From positions 2,108,001-2,172,000 of the forward strand of contig CM052816.1 in assembly GCA_028534125.1 (NCBI GenBank): a DNA stretch of 64,000 nt, in the 5' to 3' direction. Position 1 is the first letter of the stretch. The number at the start of each line of letters is the position of its first letter. Positions 12,901 to 24,506 of this stretch are shown here, one piece after another. The stretch is from Lama glama (taxonomy: Eukaryota). The notes below the pieces were generated by a model that was not told the DNA's origin, ran no database searches, and saw only the letters and a list, made by a program, of their open reading frames with translations. The position numbers and the translations under genes were made by a program.

Positions 12901-14619
12901 GTAGATGGAGGGTGCACAGTTCTAGGAAGGTACATTAGCAGTTTTTTGAAAATTGGAAACTGCAGAATACCTAGTTCTAAACTGTACAGAATGGCCAGTG
13001 TTTCTGTTTATTCAGAATGTGGCTGAGTGTTCTATGTTACTCTGAGGCCCGGTTAAGACAGTCCCCTGCTCTCGGAGTCTGCTCTGCAGAGGGCCCCACT
13101 GTGGCCCCCAGACATAACCCTCCTTTGGATGACAGGTCCGTGGGGCCATTCGGAACCTGCCCACCCTCTAGATCACACTTGGAGTTCTTGGCACGCAGGA
13201 ATTCGAGCCTCCAAAGGCCCAATTCCAAAGGCCCTCCCGAGTCTGCCCTCTCAGAGTGTGTGCATCCTAGTCTTGTGGGGTGGGCAGAGGGCTGCTCGTA
13301 GAGGAAGAGGAGGCGGATTGGGTGTGAGGGCTGGAGTGTTCACGCGGTGCCCGAAGCCCCTTGAGATGTGGGTCTAAGCCGGAGCTGGAAGGAGAAGGCG
13401 GCGATGTGATGGGGCTGACCTCTCTGTGCCACCAAGCTCTTGAGTGGAACCTTGAAGACGCCAAGATTTCTACAGTCAAACACGGCCTTCCAGGTCATCA
13501 TGAAGGCATTATACCGTTTTGCATTTGACGTTTGTTTGACAGCTTTGACCTGTTTAGACATGTGGTACGTGAGTCTCCTTTTATTAGGGATGGGCCTGGG
13601 TGTTGTAACTTTAAGTTTGTTTCCTTTAAGCTAGAAATGCAGCCATAGTTGATAGAGATGTCCAGTTCCTGTGAGACTATTTAAGTAGACTTTTTACTAA
13701 ATAATGCAATTTTGTTGAGAAATTATATCAAGATTTGCCTTACTTTCCATCATTTTCCCATATCTTTGACCTCCTCATTACCTCATAAATTTACATCCAG
13801 AATCGAATTAAATAATTAAGAATAAGCTCACATTTTAGAATTGCTTTTAGAAAGCAGATTTGGAGAAAGTAAGAGAAATCGGCACCCCCTTCCCTCTTTT
13901 TGGGTAAAAGACAGGGAATCTCAATTTTCTACATCCTATGTCTGAACTACAATCTTTGTGATTAACCTACAGAGTGAAAGTTAATTAAAATATTTCATAA
14001 AAATTAGGAAAAATTATATCAAAACCATCACTAATTTACCAAGAAAATATATTAAGAAATTATATGCTTAACATGTTTTTTTAAAATAAAGTCCTTTCTT
14101 GATTTGATTAAAAATACTAAGTACTTCCAGAAAAATTCCTTTCTAGATAAAAAGATCCAAGAAATCAGCATGATCATCAGATTTATCCAATAAAAGAAAG
14201 GGCGTAGGAAAGAGTGAATTCCAGAAAAGTCCTGTGTAATACTCCTGAAAGCCATGAGGTCACGAGTAAATTAAAGTTAGATTTGGGGCCCAGAATCTGT
14301 TAGAGCCATTTGTGTTCTCAAAAGCTGGAGGCCAGACTGCTAGAAGCAGGGCTGAGATCCTCAGGGAGCCTGAATCCTCTTTGCTGCAGAACTTGACCCA
14401 TCGTTGCACCCCTGGAATTGGGAGGTGTGAGCTAACACGTTTTGGGAGTCTCTGTGCATCATGCGATAAAATTGCATTGCGTGTCTCTGACCAGCGATGA
14501 GATCATTTTTCTTAGCTCATAGTTTCAGGCCAGGACCACCCTACCCATAGGTGGAGTAGTACAGAATGTCTGTGCGCTGTGATGGGAAGCAGGAGGGAGC
14601 TCAGATTTTATCCTTCAGC

Positions 14620-14800
14620 TGCCCTGTGCCAAGCAGGGCGCTGGGTTCTTTCTTTAACTGTACAATTAATCCTCACAGCAGCCCTGCAAGAAGGACAGAG
14701 AGATTGAGGAATGTATCCAGGCTCACAGAACTTCACAAATGGCTGGTCCTGGAGTCACAGTGCTGGCTACATGATGCCTGTTTCAGGCTCTTTATTCGGC
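14620..14800 (-). mobile_element. MIR fragment
   Basis: ctgtgccaagcagggcgctggg...ttaatcctcacagcagccctgcaag...ccaggctcacagaac. Confidence 0.6.
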
Positions 14801-16739
14801 ACCAGGCTGAGGGATGTTGAAAGCCTTGCTTTGCCCTGGGATATGGTTCAGCCTCCTGGACTTGCAGGGCTCAGAGGGGCTGGGAGATGACACAGTCCTG
14901 GAATTCTTCTGATGCTTGCGTTCCCAGCAGGTCTAAGCCAAACCTATGAGAAGTCCTCTCATCACTCCGCCTAAAAATTTCCTCTTCAGTGACTGTGCCC
15001 CCATTGAATCTTCATCTCTTGTTAAATAAAATATGACCCCAGGAAGACGCCATTAATACCTAGGTTCAGATTATTTTATACCATTTGTATGCAAGCATCC
15101 AAGGAAAATAGGATACTGGGAGGAAGCAGAAGAGGGAAAATCGGGTTGCTGGGGACCCTGGCATACCCTTACTCTAATTCCATACCATTTTCTCCCAGTC
15201 GCCTACTTCTCCCATCAAGGGGCAGAGGATTTCCAAGGCAGATGCTGACTTTTTTCCAAAGCTTGGCCAGGACATAGGGGGACGTCTGTCAGACAATGCA
15301 GCGGGATAACCATCCAGAAGTCCTGATTTCTTAGTCCGTGGCTGTTCACCCATGGGAGGGCTGGAGACCAGAGCACACCTCTCATGTAACTGGTGCATTT
15401 TTAAAATGTTAAATCCAGAAGGAGTTTTCAAAAACCAAAATAGACTAGAAGAAACTCGCTTTCCAGTCAAAGATCTCTGCATGATGGAAAAAAAATACAG
15501 CTCTAAATTTTCTGCATTGTTCGTTCGAATGTTCAAAAATCAAAATGAACTAGCAGACTTACCATTAGCACCGTCTGGAGCAAAGAATTCTAACTAATGA
15601 AAAAAGTCATTCGTGAATTTTCTGCTTTACTAGTTTGAGCAAATATATGGTTTTTTTTTCCTTATTGGGTCTCTTAATGTAATGGTATATTTGGGATTTT
15701 GAGGTAGAAATGAATTTCTGATAAAATAGCCATTCAAATGATGATATGTAAAATGGTAATGCAAGATCAGTCATTCTCGTTATGAGGCATCAAGCTAATA
15801 TAATATCAGTGTTAAAGTCAGGCAGAATTTTAGACTTCGAGTTCTGGGAAATACAGCGCTTTACTCAAACAGGAGCACAAGTGATGTTTCCAGAGTCGTC
15901 CTTAGCAGAGTAGACCCTGACGTCACAGGATGCTCTCCACAGTTTGTGTGACTCTTCTGCCTGTGGTTGTGTTAGCACATCCCCCTGTAGTTGGGCATGT
16001 TCAGATTTTTTTATGGTGGACTTTGTAAGTTGAAAGGTCCTTTGTCTCTAAGAGCAAGAGTTCAGAGAGCCTAACGCTGGTTTACCTGCTGGATTTGGGT
16101 GAGGCTGGTCTACAGTAACCAAGCGATAGTGGGAATCAGATGGCTCATTGCACCTGTAGAAAATCAGGTTGTGTCTGTTCCCATATTTGGAATTTCCCGT
16201 TTGTCTCTCGGTGGTCAAGAAAAATCTCACAGTCCTTTCATTTGATGGCCCAAAGAGATGAGAGGTGGCCCTCATGTTGGTCCCCCTCTAAGAGACGTCC
16301 ACCTGCAGGACAGACAAACTCAACTCACCAAGGGTTTGAGTGGCTTTCCTAACACCTGCTCTCTGCCCCTTCTTCCTGGGAAGTGGGGAGCCAGCATTAG
16401 AATGAGAGAAGAGAACCCAGGTAGCTCACCCCCCCCTCCCATCTGCCTTGACAGCAAAGTGGGAGCATTTGTCTCCAATGATGAAGGTGGAGGATGATAT
16501 TTACAGGCAGTTCTTTCATCTGCCTGCCTGTTGACCTCGGTCAGCCGTAGTTGACTGGCCCTTTTCTCCCCAGTGGGCTGGCGTTTGAGCTTTTCAGCCT
16601 GATTTGCTTAGTCCCTTTCCTCTGGCCACAATCTAAGTCTGTTCCTTGGTTTTACTTTTGCCCAGTTTGTGATCTCAGTTCTTGACTTAGACTCGAAAGA
16701 CTAGAGTCAGAGAAGGCGGCCGTGGTAGTTGCTTTGCAC

Positions 16740-16935
16740 GTTGCGAGGCTTTTTCTCATTTCATTCTAAATTCACAGCAGTCCTTTGAGACTCACACTTA
16801 TTATAATGGGACACTTAATAGTCCCATTTTACAGATAAGAAAAGAAGGCTCAGAATGGTTAAAAGCCTTGCAGCTAGTTGGTGTCTATGTCTCCAAATAT
16901 TTATTCCACTCTTTTCCTCACTAACCACGGTCCTT
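16740..16935 (-). mobile_element. MIR fragment
   Basis: tcccattttacagataagaaaagaaggctcagaatggttaa is the MIR core. Confidence 0.75.
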
Positions 16936-17899
16936 CCCATTATCACTGCTATTTCTTTGAACAGAGTTTTTATTTCTATTTTCCAGCCAGAAAATACTGA
17001 GACTTTAAGAAACTTTTTTCTCCCCTGATACTCTATCGATTCCAAGCCCAGACCTCCTTGTAGCTCAGTTCCTAACAAGTCTAAAAGAAATGCTCTAATA
17101 TACCCCTTAGAGGAGATAAATCCTATAAAATTACATTTCAGCAGCAAAACAGACAAGACGGTAATTTTGGTGTGAAATGTGCAAAGTCTTATTTACAGAA
17201 CATCTCATGATGCTGTTCCCAGATGTCTTTTTAAAGAAATTTTTAGTTACATGCAAAGAAACTGAAAACCAGGAGTATAATTGGTTAGAAACGTAAATCT
17301 GTCCAAAAAAAACAATTACAACAACTTGATGAGATATATATTTTCTCAGCATCAGCATAAAAGAAAGAACATTCTGATCCAGAAATGGTATGTAAGTAAA
17401 TAAACTTTAATTGGTTTGACAGTGCCCCTTTTCCTGGCAGTGCCAAGAATCCTAGCATTATAATTACACAGTTCTGGGCAGACATGTGGTTTCCATTAAG
17501 AAAGACTTGTGATTGACTGAGTTCATGAGGCATGTCAGAAAAAACACATCAATGTCTTTATAAGAAGGGAAGAGAAATGGATCTAAATGTATTTATAACC
17601 TCACAAGATACACATTCATAAATAGTTCCAAAAGGGCATACATTTCTTTAATTCTGATGAAAAAAAAAATCATTAAGGAAAGCCATTGGGAGCATTTTGG
17701 CCTCTGCTTCTATATGAACTAAACAGTTAACCTGCATTTAGGCAAAAGGGACACCTTTTTGCCCTCACAAGGATTTATTTAAGGGTTCTGAAAGGAAAAT
17801 GTTGAGGAAAGTCCTAGCTGTATAAGCTTTGGCTTTATGAATTCAAATACCACCCCCCTCTCCTTTTTTCCCCCCTTTAAATGGCCTTACCAGTAACAA

Positions 17900-18045
17900 A
17901 AAGATTTTTCAGATCCATTCTCTCTTGACCCTGTCTAATGAGCTAGGCAGGGCTCAACCCTACCCCCACCCTAGCTTTTTAAAACAAGAGGTAACTGAGA
18001 TTTGGGAGGTTAGTAAGTTGCTCAAGGTCTCAGCTAGTAAATGCT
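17900..18045 (-). mobile_element. MIR fragment
   Basis: gaggtaactgagatttgggaggttagtaagttgctcaaggtctcagctagtaaatg. Confidence 0.65.
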
Positions 18046-18719
18046 TTTAATTGAAAAAGTTTTGCAAAACCTTGCAGCGGGGTGGATTGGGTAGGTGGCG
18101 AGGGGTTTTTCTAGCCCTTGCATTGCACAAATGTGCAAACTCCATTGGTAACACAGATAAAACTTGCGAAACAGTTACATTTTATATGCAGCAGGATAAA
18201 ACTAGCTAGGTTGGAGAAGGGTGAATTTCCTGCAAGAATGTTTTAAACCAAACCTAATGACTTGCCTGAATCACCTAAAGTGACTAAAATATTGAAAAGT
18301 TTATTTTCTGCTTTTGTATAAATACTTTTAAGATGACAAACATTTTTAGGCTTGCCAAATACTGTCATCTTTTGGCAATGTTAACATCTCAGACTTGATC
18401 TATTTTCTTGACAACAGAATAATTGTCTGTGTGTGTGCTTTCTCTTTTCTTGAAAAACATTTTGTCAAGACATAGTGGCAACACATGTGGCAGTGTTTTT
18501 AAAGACTATCTCTCTAAAGGCATCTCTTACATAAAATAGGAGATTATTCACCTTAAAAAATAAACCAGTGACTTATTCAATGGAATGTCTCAAACTGTTT
18601 TTATAAGCGAGTCAGATATTTTTAAGCAGCCATCTGGTATGCTAGAGGAGATATGCAAAATATCGTAGTTGGAAATTAATGAAACAATGGCTGTGATGTC
18701 AGCAATAAAAAAGTAACAA

Positions 18720-18900
18720 TGAATAGCAGCCACTATTTATTAAGGGCTTACTATGTGCCTGGCACTGCACTCTGTGACACATATTAATTTAATACTTTAG
18801 TATTTGGAGATAGAGATTATTGACCCCTTTTACAGATGGAGAAATTAAGGCTTAGTAATAAATTGCTCAAAGTTGCACAGATGGTGAACAGCAGATCTGA
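18720..18900 (-). mobile_element. MIR
   Basis: tatttattaagggcttactatgtgcctggcactg...cctttttacagatggagaaattaaggcttag...ttgctcaaagttgcacag. Confidence 0.8.
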
Positions 18901-19259
18901 GACATCCTTACATTATTTTTCTGTTGTTGTTTCCGTAATAACTGTGCACTGTGGCTGAGGTTCCGTGTTGGCATCCATTAATAGAGTCCTCATACGTGTC
19001 ATTGGCTCTTGCGATCACTTGGCTCACCAGGGCTCAGGAAAATGGAAAGTGATGAGTTTCTTTGAGATTAGCCTTGGTCTACAGCTGGATTACCTCTGAC
19101 ATAGAAGCCAGGAAAATAACAAAGCTGTGAAGGACCATTTTATAGCAATAGTATAATTCTGTTATTAGCCTATGTTTTTATAGTTCTTTCAAAAAGGTAA
19201 AAGTACATTCACGTCTGCCCATCCTGACCATAATTTCCCTTAGGTGTAACTACAGAGAG

Positions 19260-19380
19260 TAACAGACTAGGAGACCAAGGCACAGAGAGGTTAAGGGACT
19301 TGTCTGAAGTCACACAGCTAGCTTTTGCTTGAGGCAGGGCTAGCAAACTTGGGTCCCAGTTCTGTGTGGAATCATATTGC
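19260..19380 (-). mobile_element. MIR fragment
   Basis: gagaccaaggcacagagaggttaagggacttgtctgaagtcacacagctag. Confidence 0.75.
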
Positions 19381-19894
19381 CTTTCAAAGCCAAGCCCGGT
19401 GTTTTATTTTCCAGGATTGAATGCGTGATATTTCAGTGAGAGCCAGTCTTCGTGTGGCTACCCTTTGCTTTCACCACCATAGTTCAGGCCTGCCTCGTTT
19501 CATGTCGGACTTGTGTCTCAGCTTAAAACTTTCCTCCCTGCATCTGTTCTTCCTCACTGCAGCCAGGGAAGCTTCTCTGTGTGCACGTTTCTTTCCAAGG
19601 AAGAGACTTCAGCTAGCTTCACAGAGCCATGACCGCTGAGTGTTGTCCGTGGCCATCCTGATCTGCACCCAGAGCCTGGTTTGCCCGGGGTGTCCCCACA
19701 AGCGCACTCCAGTCCAGCAGAAGAGCACTGGCGTGGTGCTGTGGTGGTGTTTTTCTGAGTATGTCCGTTATACTGTCCAACTTGCCCTTTGACTGCGCCA
19801 CCCCTAGACTCCCACTCCTGTATTTATAATCCTTCCCACCCTGTGCCAGGAGGTTCATGTTTTGCTTCCTCCTTGAAGTTTCCTCATTTGCTTC

Positions 19895-19963
19895 TTTTTT
19901 TTTTTTTTTAAATTGAAGTATAGTCAGTTACAATGTGTCAATTTCTGGGATGTTATGCTGTAC
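19895..19963 (-). mobile_element. Very short young L1 3'-end insertion with 15-bp TSD and probable 5' inversion
   Basis: Poly-T followed by aaattgaagtatagtcagttacaatgtgtcaatttctgg, closely similar to the start of the L1 at 45911. Flanked by tcctcatttgcttct (19881-19895) and tcctcatctgcttct (19964-19978). Confidence 0.85.
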
Positions 19964-20049
19964 TCCTCATCTGCTTCTTAATACCCTTTCCAACGGCTCC
20001 TTTGCAGTCCTGCTGTGTTCTAGTTGTTTCTTCCATGTTTAAATAATCC

Positions 20050-20175
20050 TGTGAAGACCGTAAGCTCCTCAAGGGCTGTACCATCTTGAGTTTTGCACAG
20101 AAACAGTGTTCCTTATAGCACTCAGCATGGCAGCCCCGGTAATCAGCAGGCGTTGTCTTGAATGAAAGAAGGCGT
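20050..20175 (+). mobile_element. L2 3' terminal fragment
   Basis: gaccgtaagctcctcaagggctgtaccatctt...tagcactcagcatgg...ttgaatgaaagaa. Confidence 0.6.
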
Positions 20176-21169
20176 GAGTTACAGCACGTCTTGGATGTCG
20201 TCCTAATAAGTTAAGCACGTGAAGGAGTAGCTGTGATATAGCACTTGACCTCTCACAGGCCCTTCCAGTCTCTCGAAGAGGAGTTTGTAGTAGCTCCTCT
20301 GTCCTCTGTTCTTGGAGCTCACGGCTGCTCTGCCTTCATGGCCATGAGCTGGGCTCGGAGCTGCACGCAGACAGGAAGACTCCCGTGAGAAGGGTTGGAC
20401 TGCACTGCAAGTTCCTGTCTGCCTTGGCCCCAGGGATGCCTGCATGTGGCGTTAGTTGGCGGGGGGTTACAGTGATCACCGTGACCAAGCACTTTGAGCG
20501 TTTCCAAGAGCCCCGTGGGCGTCTGTATGTATCATCTGACCTGAAGTCATTTGTGTCTCCTCTCCCATCTGACAAGAAACTGACCACCATTTGGCATCGA
20601 GCAGGGATCTCCCGTCCCAGGAAGCCCAGCTCTCTGACCTGGGGATTGAAGAGGAGGCTTTACAGAAAGCCTTCCTCCCCGAGTCTGTCCTTGCCTGTTT
20701 CTTGTTGGCACGGAAGGTGCAGACTACAGGTGTCCAGCCGCTGTGACGTTGGAGGCTTGTGGCTCAGTTAGGTGTCTGGGTGGGAGGATATACTGAGTGT
20801 CAGCAATGTTTCTCCCGGACAGAGATGAGGGCCTCAGCGTGCGGTGGGCAAGACCGGTGGCTGCCAGAGGGTCTTCTGTCGGACTTGTATAGGAGCTGTT
20901 TCAACTGGAGAAAAGAGCTCTGAGGGAGGAGAAAGGAGAAGATCCTTTGAGGGTTCCCCCGTTCTCTCTGTGTCACCCCATCGGCTCTGTTTTGGCTAAT
21001 TCTAAGCCAGAAGGAAAGACATGGAGTGAAATATTTAAAGCAGGTATCTCTTCCCTGCATCGGCTGGGGCTGCCCGAACAGGCTGTGCCCTTCTCTATAT
21101 TTATATTATTGATATGTTCTGGGAGGCAGACTCAGGAGAACAATGGGGCCTATTTAAAGCCTCTTGGAG

Positions 21170-21600
21170 TTGCATCAGCTGGTCCACTCAACTGCTCACT
21201 TCTGAGGCACATGGTCCTTTGCTTACAAGCAGTAGAAACTGACTCTTGACAACTTAAGCAAAATAGTAGGGATTTATTGGAGAAATAGCTGGTAAGCTTA
21301 AAAGTCCGCAGAAGGGTTGAATACTGAGGTGTTGGGAAGATGAGTACGTGAGGCAGCCCTGGGGATCGGGGTCATAGGACATAATGGTCTCTCGAGGGCC
21401 TGGGCTCCTACCGCTTCCTCCCCTGTGTCCTACTCTTCTCAAGGTTCAGCATCTCAGGAGAGAGAGGTGGGTTGGCCTGCCTTGGCTATCAATTCCTCTT
21501 AGATTATGAAGAGTGGATCAGGGGCAGTTCACCAAAGGAAAAGTACAATTACAAAGAAATGATGGAGGGGTTGGGCAGGACAAATAGCAGACATCCACCA
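21170..21600. mobile_element. Old MaLR LTR (MLT1K/L/N-like)
   Basis: ttacaagcagtagaaactgactc...acttaagcaaaatagtagggatttattgg...ttggcctgccttggct...agcagacatccacca. Confidence 0.6.
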
Positions 21601-21659
21601 GAACGGGCCAGGCCCACTGCAGCGGGGCTCACAGCTTCTCCCGTCTTTCTGGGCAGAGG

Positions 21660-21760
21660 TATTCATTCAGTCGTTCATTCAACCCATCAGTCCACCTACT
21701 ATGAGCACCTGCTGTGGGGCGGATCACGTGCTCCATGCTGGAAATACTATAGTTAACGAT
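21660..21760 (-). mobile_element. L2 3' terminal fragment
   Basis: attcattcagtcgttcattcaacc...gagcacctgctgtggg...tgctggaaatac. Confidence 0.6.
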
Positions 21761-22189
21761 TCACTTGGCCGTGTTGTCGGATGGGCGCCGGAGACGGGAG
21801 TTGGGGAGGATGCTGTGCTTTCCCCACAGCGCTGCCCCAGTCAGCTCCAGTTAGCCCACAGGACACCGATCCTAATTCTTGTAAGTTGGCGACGTGTGAA
21901 GGGGCCCTAGGCCCCTCACTGTCCGCCAGGAAGTCCTTCATTCATCGCTGTCAAAGCTTCTGCTCATGTTAGTAATTTCTTCTAGGAGATTTTTTCCTGT
22001 AAGTATTTATCCACATAATTTTCAGTATGTTAACTCCAACTTATTCACTTTTCTTCAGAAGTGCTCTTCTGTTTTTTCCTGGGCAGTTAGTTGTATTATG
22101 ACCCCCATTCCTTTTCCAGGCACCCAAGGACACATGCAGTGTTTCTGCTTTTAGCGGTCTTCCCTGACTAGTTGCTCCTTGAAGGTCTG

Positions 22190-22350
22190 GTAACAGAAGA
22201 AAGCTCAGGGTTATTATGTCTAGCTGTGTGACTTTGGAAGTCTAAGGAACCTCTCTGTGCCTTTTTCATTCTCTTACTGTCATATGACGTATCCCTGTCT
22301 CACCTACCTCATTAGGTTTTGGGGAGGATAAAATAAAATAATGCATGTTT
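22190..22350 (+). mobile_element. MIR fragment
   Basis: ctagctgtgtgactttggaag...aacctctctgtgcct...cctacctcattaggttttggggaggataaaataaaataatgcatgt. Confidence 0.75.
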
Positions 22351-22489
22351 AGCCTCCAAAAAGTTAAAAGTGTTCTCAAAGCCCAAGGGAGAATTTGGAA
22401 ATTCTGTAGCTTTAGGGTAGCGGGCTGGATATGAGGAGTGATGACTCAGCAAAGAAAATGAAAGGAATACCAGTGTCAGCCCCACTTCA

Positions 22490-22700
22490 TCCAGTGTGGG
22501 TTATCTTCCAGGTACTTTGCTAAGCCTCTCCATGGACTGTCTTATGTAATGCCCACCCGCTAGCCTATATGGGAAATACTAACACTTTCTCCATTTAAAG
22601 AAGCCAGCTCAGAAAATTGATGTAGTTTGCCCACAGGCACATAATTGATGTACATGGGACGCCTGGATTTTACTAAAAATCTGTCTGCTTTATTTTCCCA
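22490..22700 (-). mobile_element. MIR fragment
   Basis: ccaggtactttgctaagc...ctccatttaaagaagccagctcagaaaattgatgtagtttgcccacaggcacata. Confidence 0.55.
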
Positions 22701-22769
22701 ACTAGATCAGTGTTGCCCCTGATATTTCTTGAGATCTCTTAGTTCTAGGATGGGGCACTTCCTTGTCAA

Positions 22770-22980
22770 TGCAGTGTTAGAAATGAGGGTGCTGGAATCA
22801 GGCAGCCTCAGCTTTGCTTCTAACGATTGGACCTGTGTGATTGATCTAAGTGAGTTATTTCGTCTCTCTGAGCCTCAGATTCCTTATTGTGAAATGCTGC
22901 CGGTAACAGCATTTTATTCATAGGGGTGTTTAGCAGTACACACAAAAAGCTATAAAAATAGTAATAATCATCATTATTAA
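22770..22980 (+). mobile_element. MIR
   Basis: ctggaatcaggcagcc...aagtgagttatttcgtctctctgagcctcagattccttattgtgaaatg. Confidence 0.75.
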
Positions 22981-23450
22981 TTGGATGGTGAGTGATTGAA
23001 TTGCTAAGCTGGGGTCCAGACAAGAGTCTTGTAAGTCTGGCAAATCCAGTGAAATGAGAGAGATTAAATTCTTAGGAATCTGCTCTCTCCTTCCTCCAAC
23101 CTCCCTGCTTACAGAGATTCCCAAATGTGTAGCTCCCTGACTTAATTCAGACTTCAGATGCTTTTGGTTTTGTCTGCAGAATATTTTTTAAAAAAATCTG
23201 AATTAGGTGCCAACATCATAAAATCAGATTGCACATTCGTATCTGTGTATATGGCTCTTCTTATAAAATGAGAGAGTATGTGACAAGGGGCTCACGTGCC
23301 TGCCTGCAGCGGCCCAGCTTGGCTGATTGTGGCTTCTCTCTTTAAATGGGGGTGTACCCTTCTCGTGTGTTCCTGCAGGAGCTTGAGTTTGAGTCCCCTG
23401 CCTGAGAATCATCCTGGGAAAGCTAGGGGAGGAGACAGAGGTGGCTCTTT

Positions 23451-23500
23451 AAAAAAGAAGAAAAGAAAAAAGAGAAAGAAAGAAACTAAGAAGGAAAGAA
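23451..23500. repeat. Purine-rich (A/GAAA) low-complexity tract
   Basis: aaaaaagaagaaaagaaaaaagagaaagaaagaaactaagaaggaaagaa. Confidence 0.8.
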
Positions 23501-24332
23501 ATCTAGTCCTGAAATTCACATCCCTGCTCCTGATTTTCCTTGGGATTTGTCATCAGCATTCTCTTCCACCTGCCATACCATGCAGTAGAAAGCAGCCCCC
23601 CTTTTGCAGACCCAGGAAGGGGAGCTGAAAGGGAAAGCCAGAGAGAGGTCTCTTAATTCAGCTGGGGAAGGAGACGGGGGCTGGGGGAGACAGCGAAGCT
23701 TGCAGCTAAGCATTTATCATGCCGTTGCCCCCGGACCCGAGGGCCGCGCTGGACGGAAGAGCCAGGCTGCTCGGAATGGCTTTGCTGATAGGCCATTCCT
23801 GGGATAAGTGCTTATTGATGAAGGGGCTTAAGTGGCGTATGGAGAAGGCCCCCGCGAGAGCTGATGCCCCAGGCTTCTGCAGTGTCCACCTCTCCCGAGG
23901 GCTTTGCCCCACAGGCCTGCCTGCACTTGGATTCAGCAGCTGAACTTTGTGGGTTCCACTGGCCTCCAGGGCAAGGCATCGTACCTTCCTCCTGTTCCCC
24001 TTCTCCCAGACTCTGGTCTGGGAGTTCGAAATCTGAACTGTCTGTCCAGGATTCCTGACTTTAGACTCTGACGCCTCCATTATAATGGCTTTATTACTGA
24101 TCTGAGCAATAGGAAAACAACTCGTCAGTGGCTTTTATGGAAACGGTGGTTTGGGAGGTGTCAGCAAAATTCAGAAAGCACATTTGGATCCTGAACTTGG
24201 AGAGGGAGAGAGGGGGAGAAGTTTTGAAAAGAAAACAAGGAAAAGTAAAAGGAGGGAGAAAACACTTTTGCATTTTGTAGACACTTTTTGGTGGATTGTT
24301 AGGACTGAGAAGATTTTAGAAATCCTCTCTCC

Positions 24333-24506
24333 CGGGGCTTCTCAGCCCTGGCCTGACATTAGAATTTCCCGAGAATTCTTAAAACAGATAGTGACGTCCA
24401 GTCCCCATCTCCAGACATTCTGAATTAATTGGTCCTGGGTAGAGCCCAGGCATCAGCATTGTCTGAAAGATGCTCAGGTGACAGTAATGCTCAGTTGGAA
24501 ACCCTG
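24333..24506. mobile_element. MER5-type hAT-Charlie MITE
   Basis: cggggcttctcagccctggc...cattagaat...ccagacattctgaattaattggtcctgggtagagcccaggcatcagcatt...caggtgacagtaatgc...ttggaaaccctg, about 175 bp. Confidence 0.8.

Noticed and set aside
22190..22980. Three adjacent MIRs in alternating orientation as a possible dsRNA hairpin
   Set aside because: The copies are too diverged to pair extensively.
23715..23860. CpG-containing GC-rich patch as a CpG-island promoter
   Set aside because: Only about 150 bp with no distinctive promoter motifs; scattered CpGs occur throughout the window.
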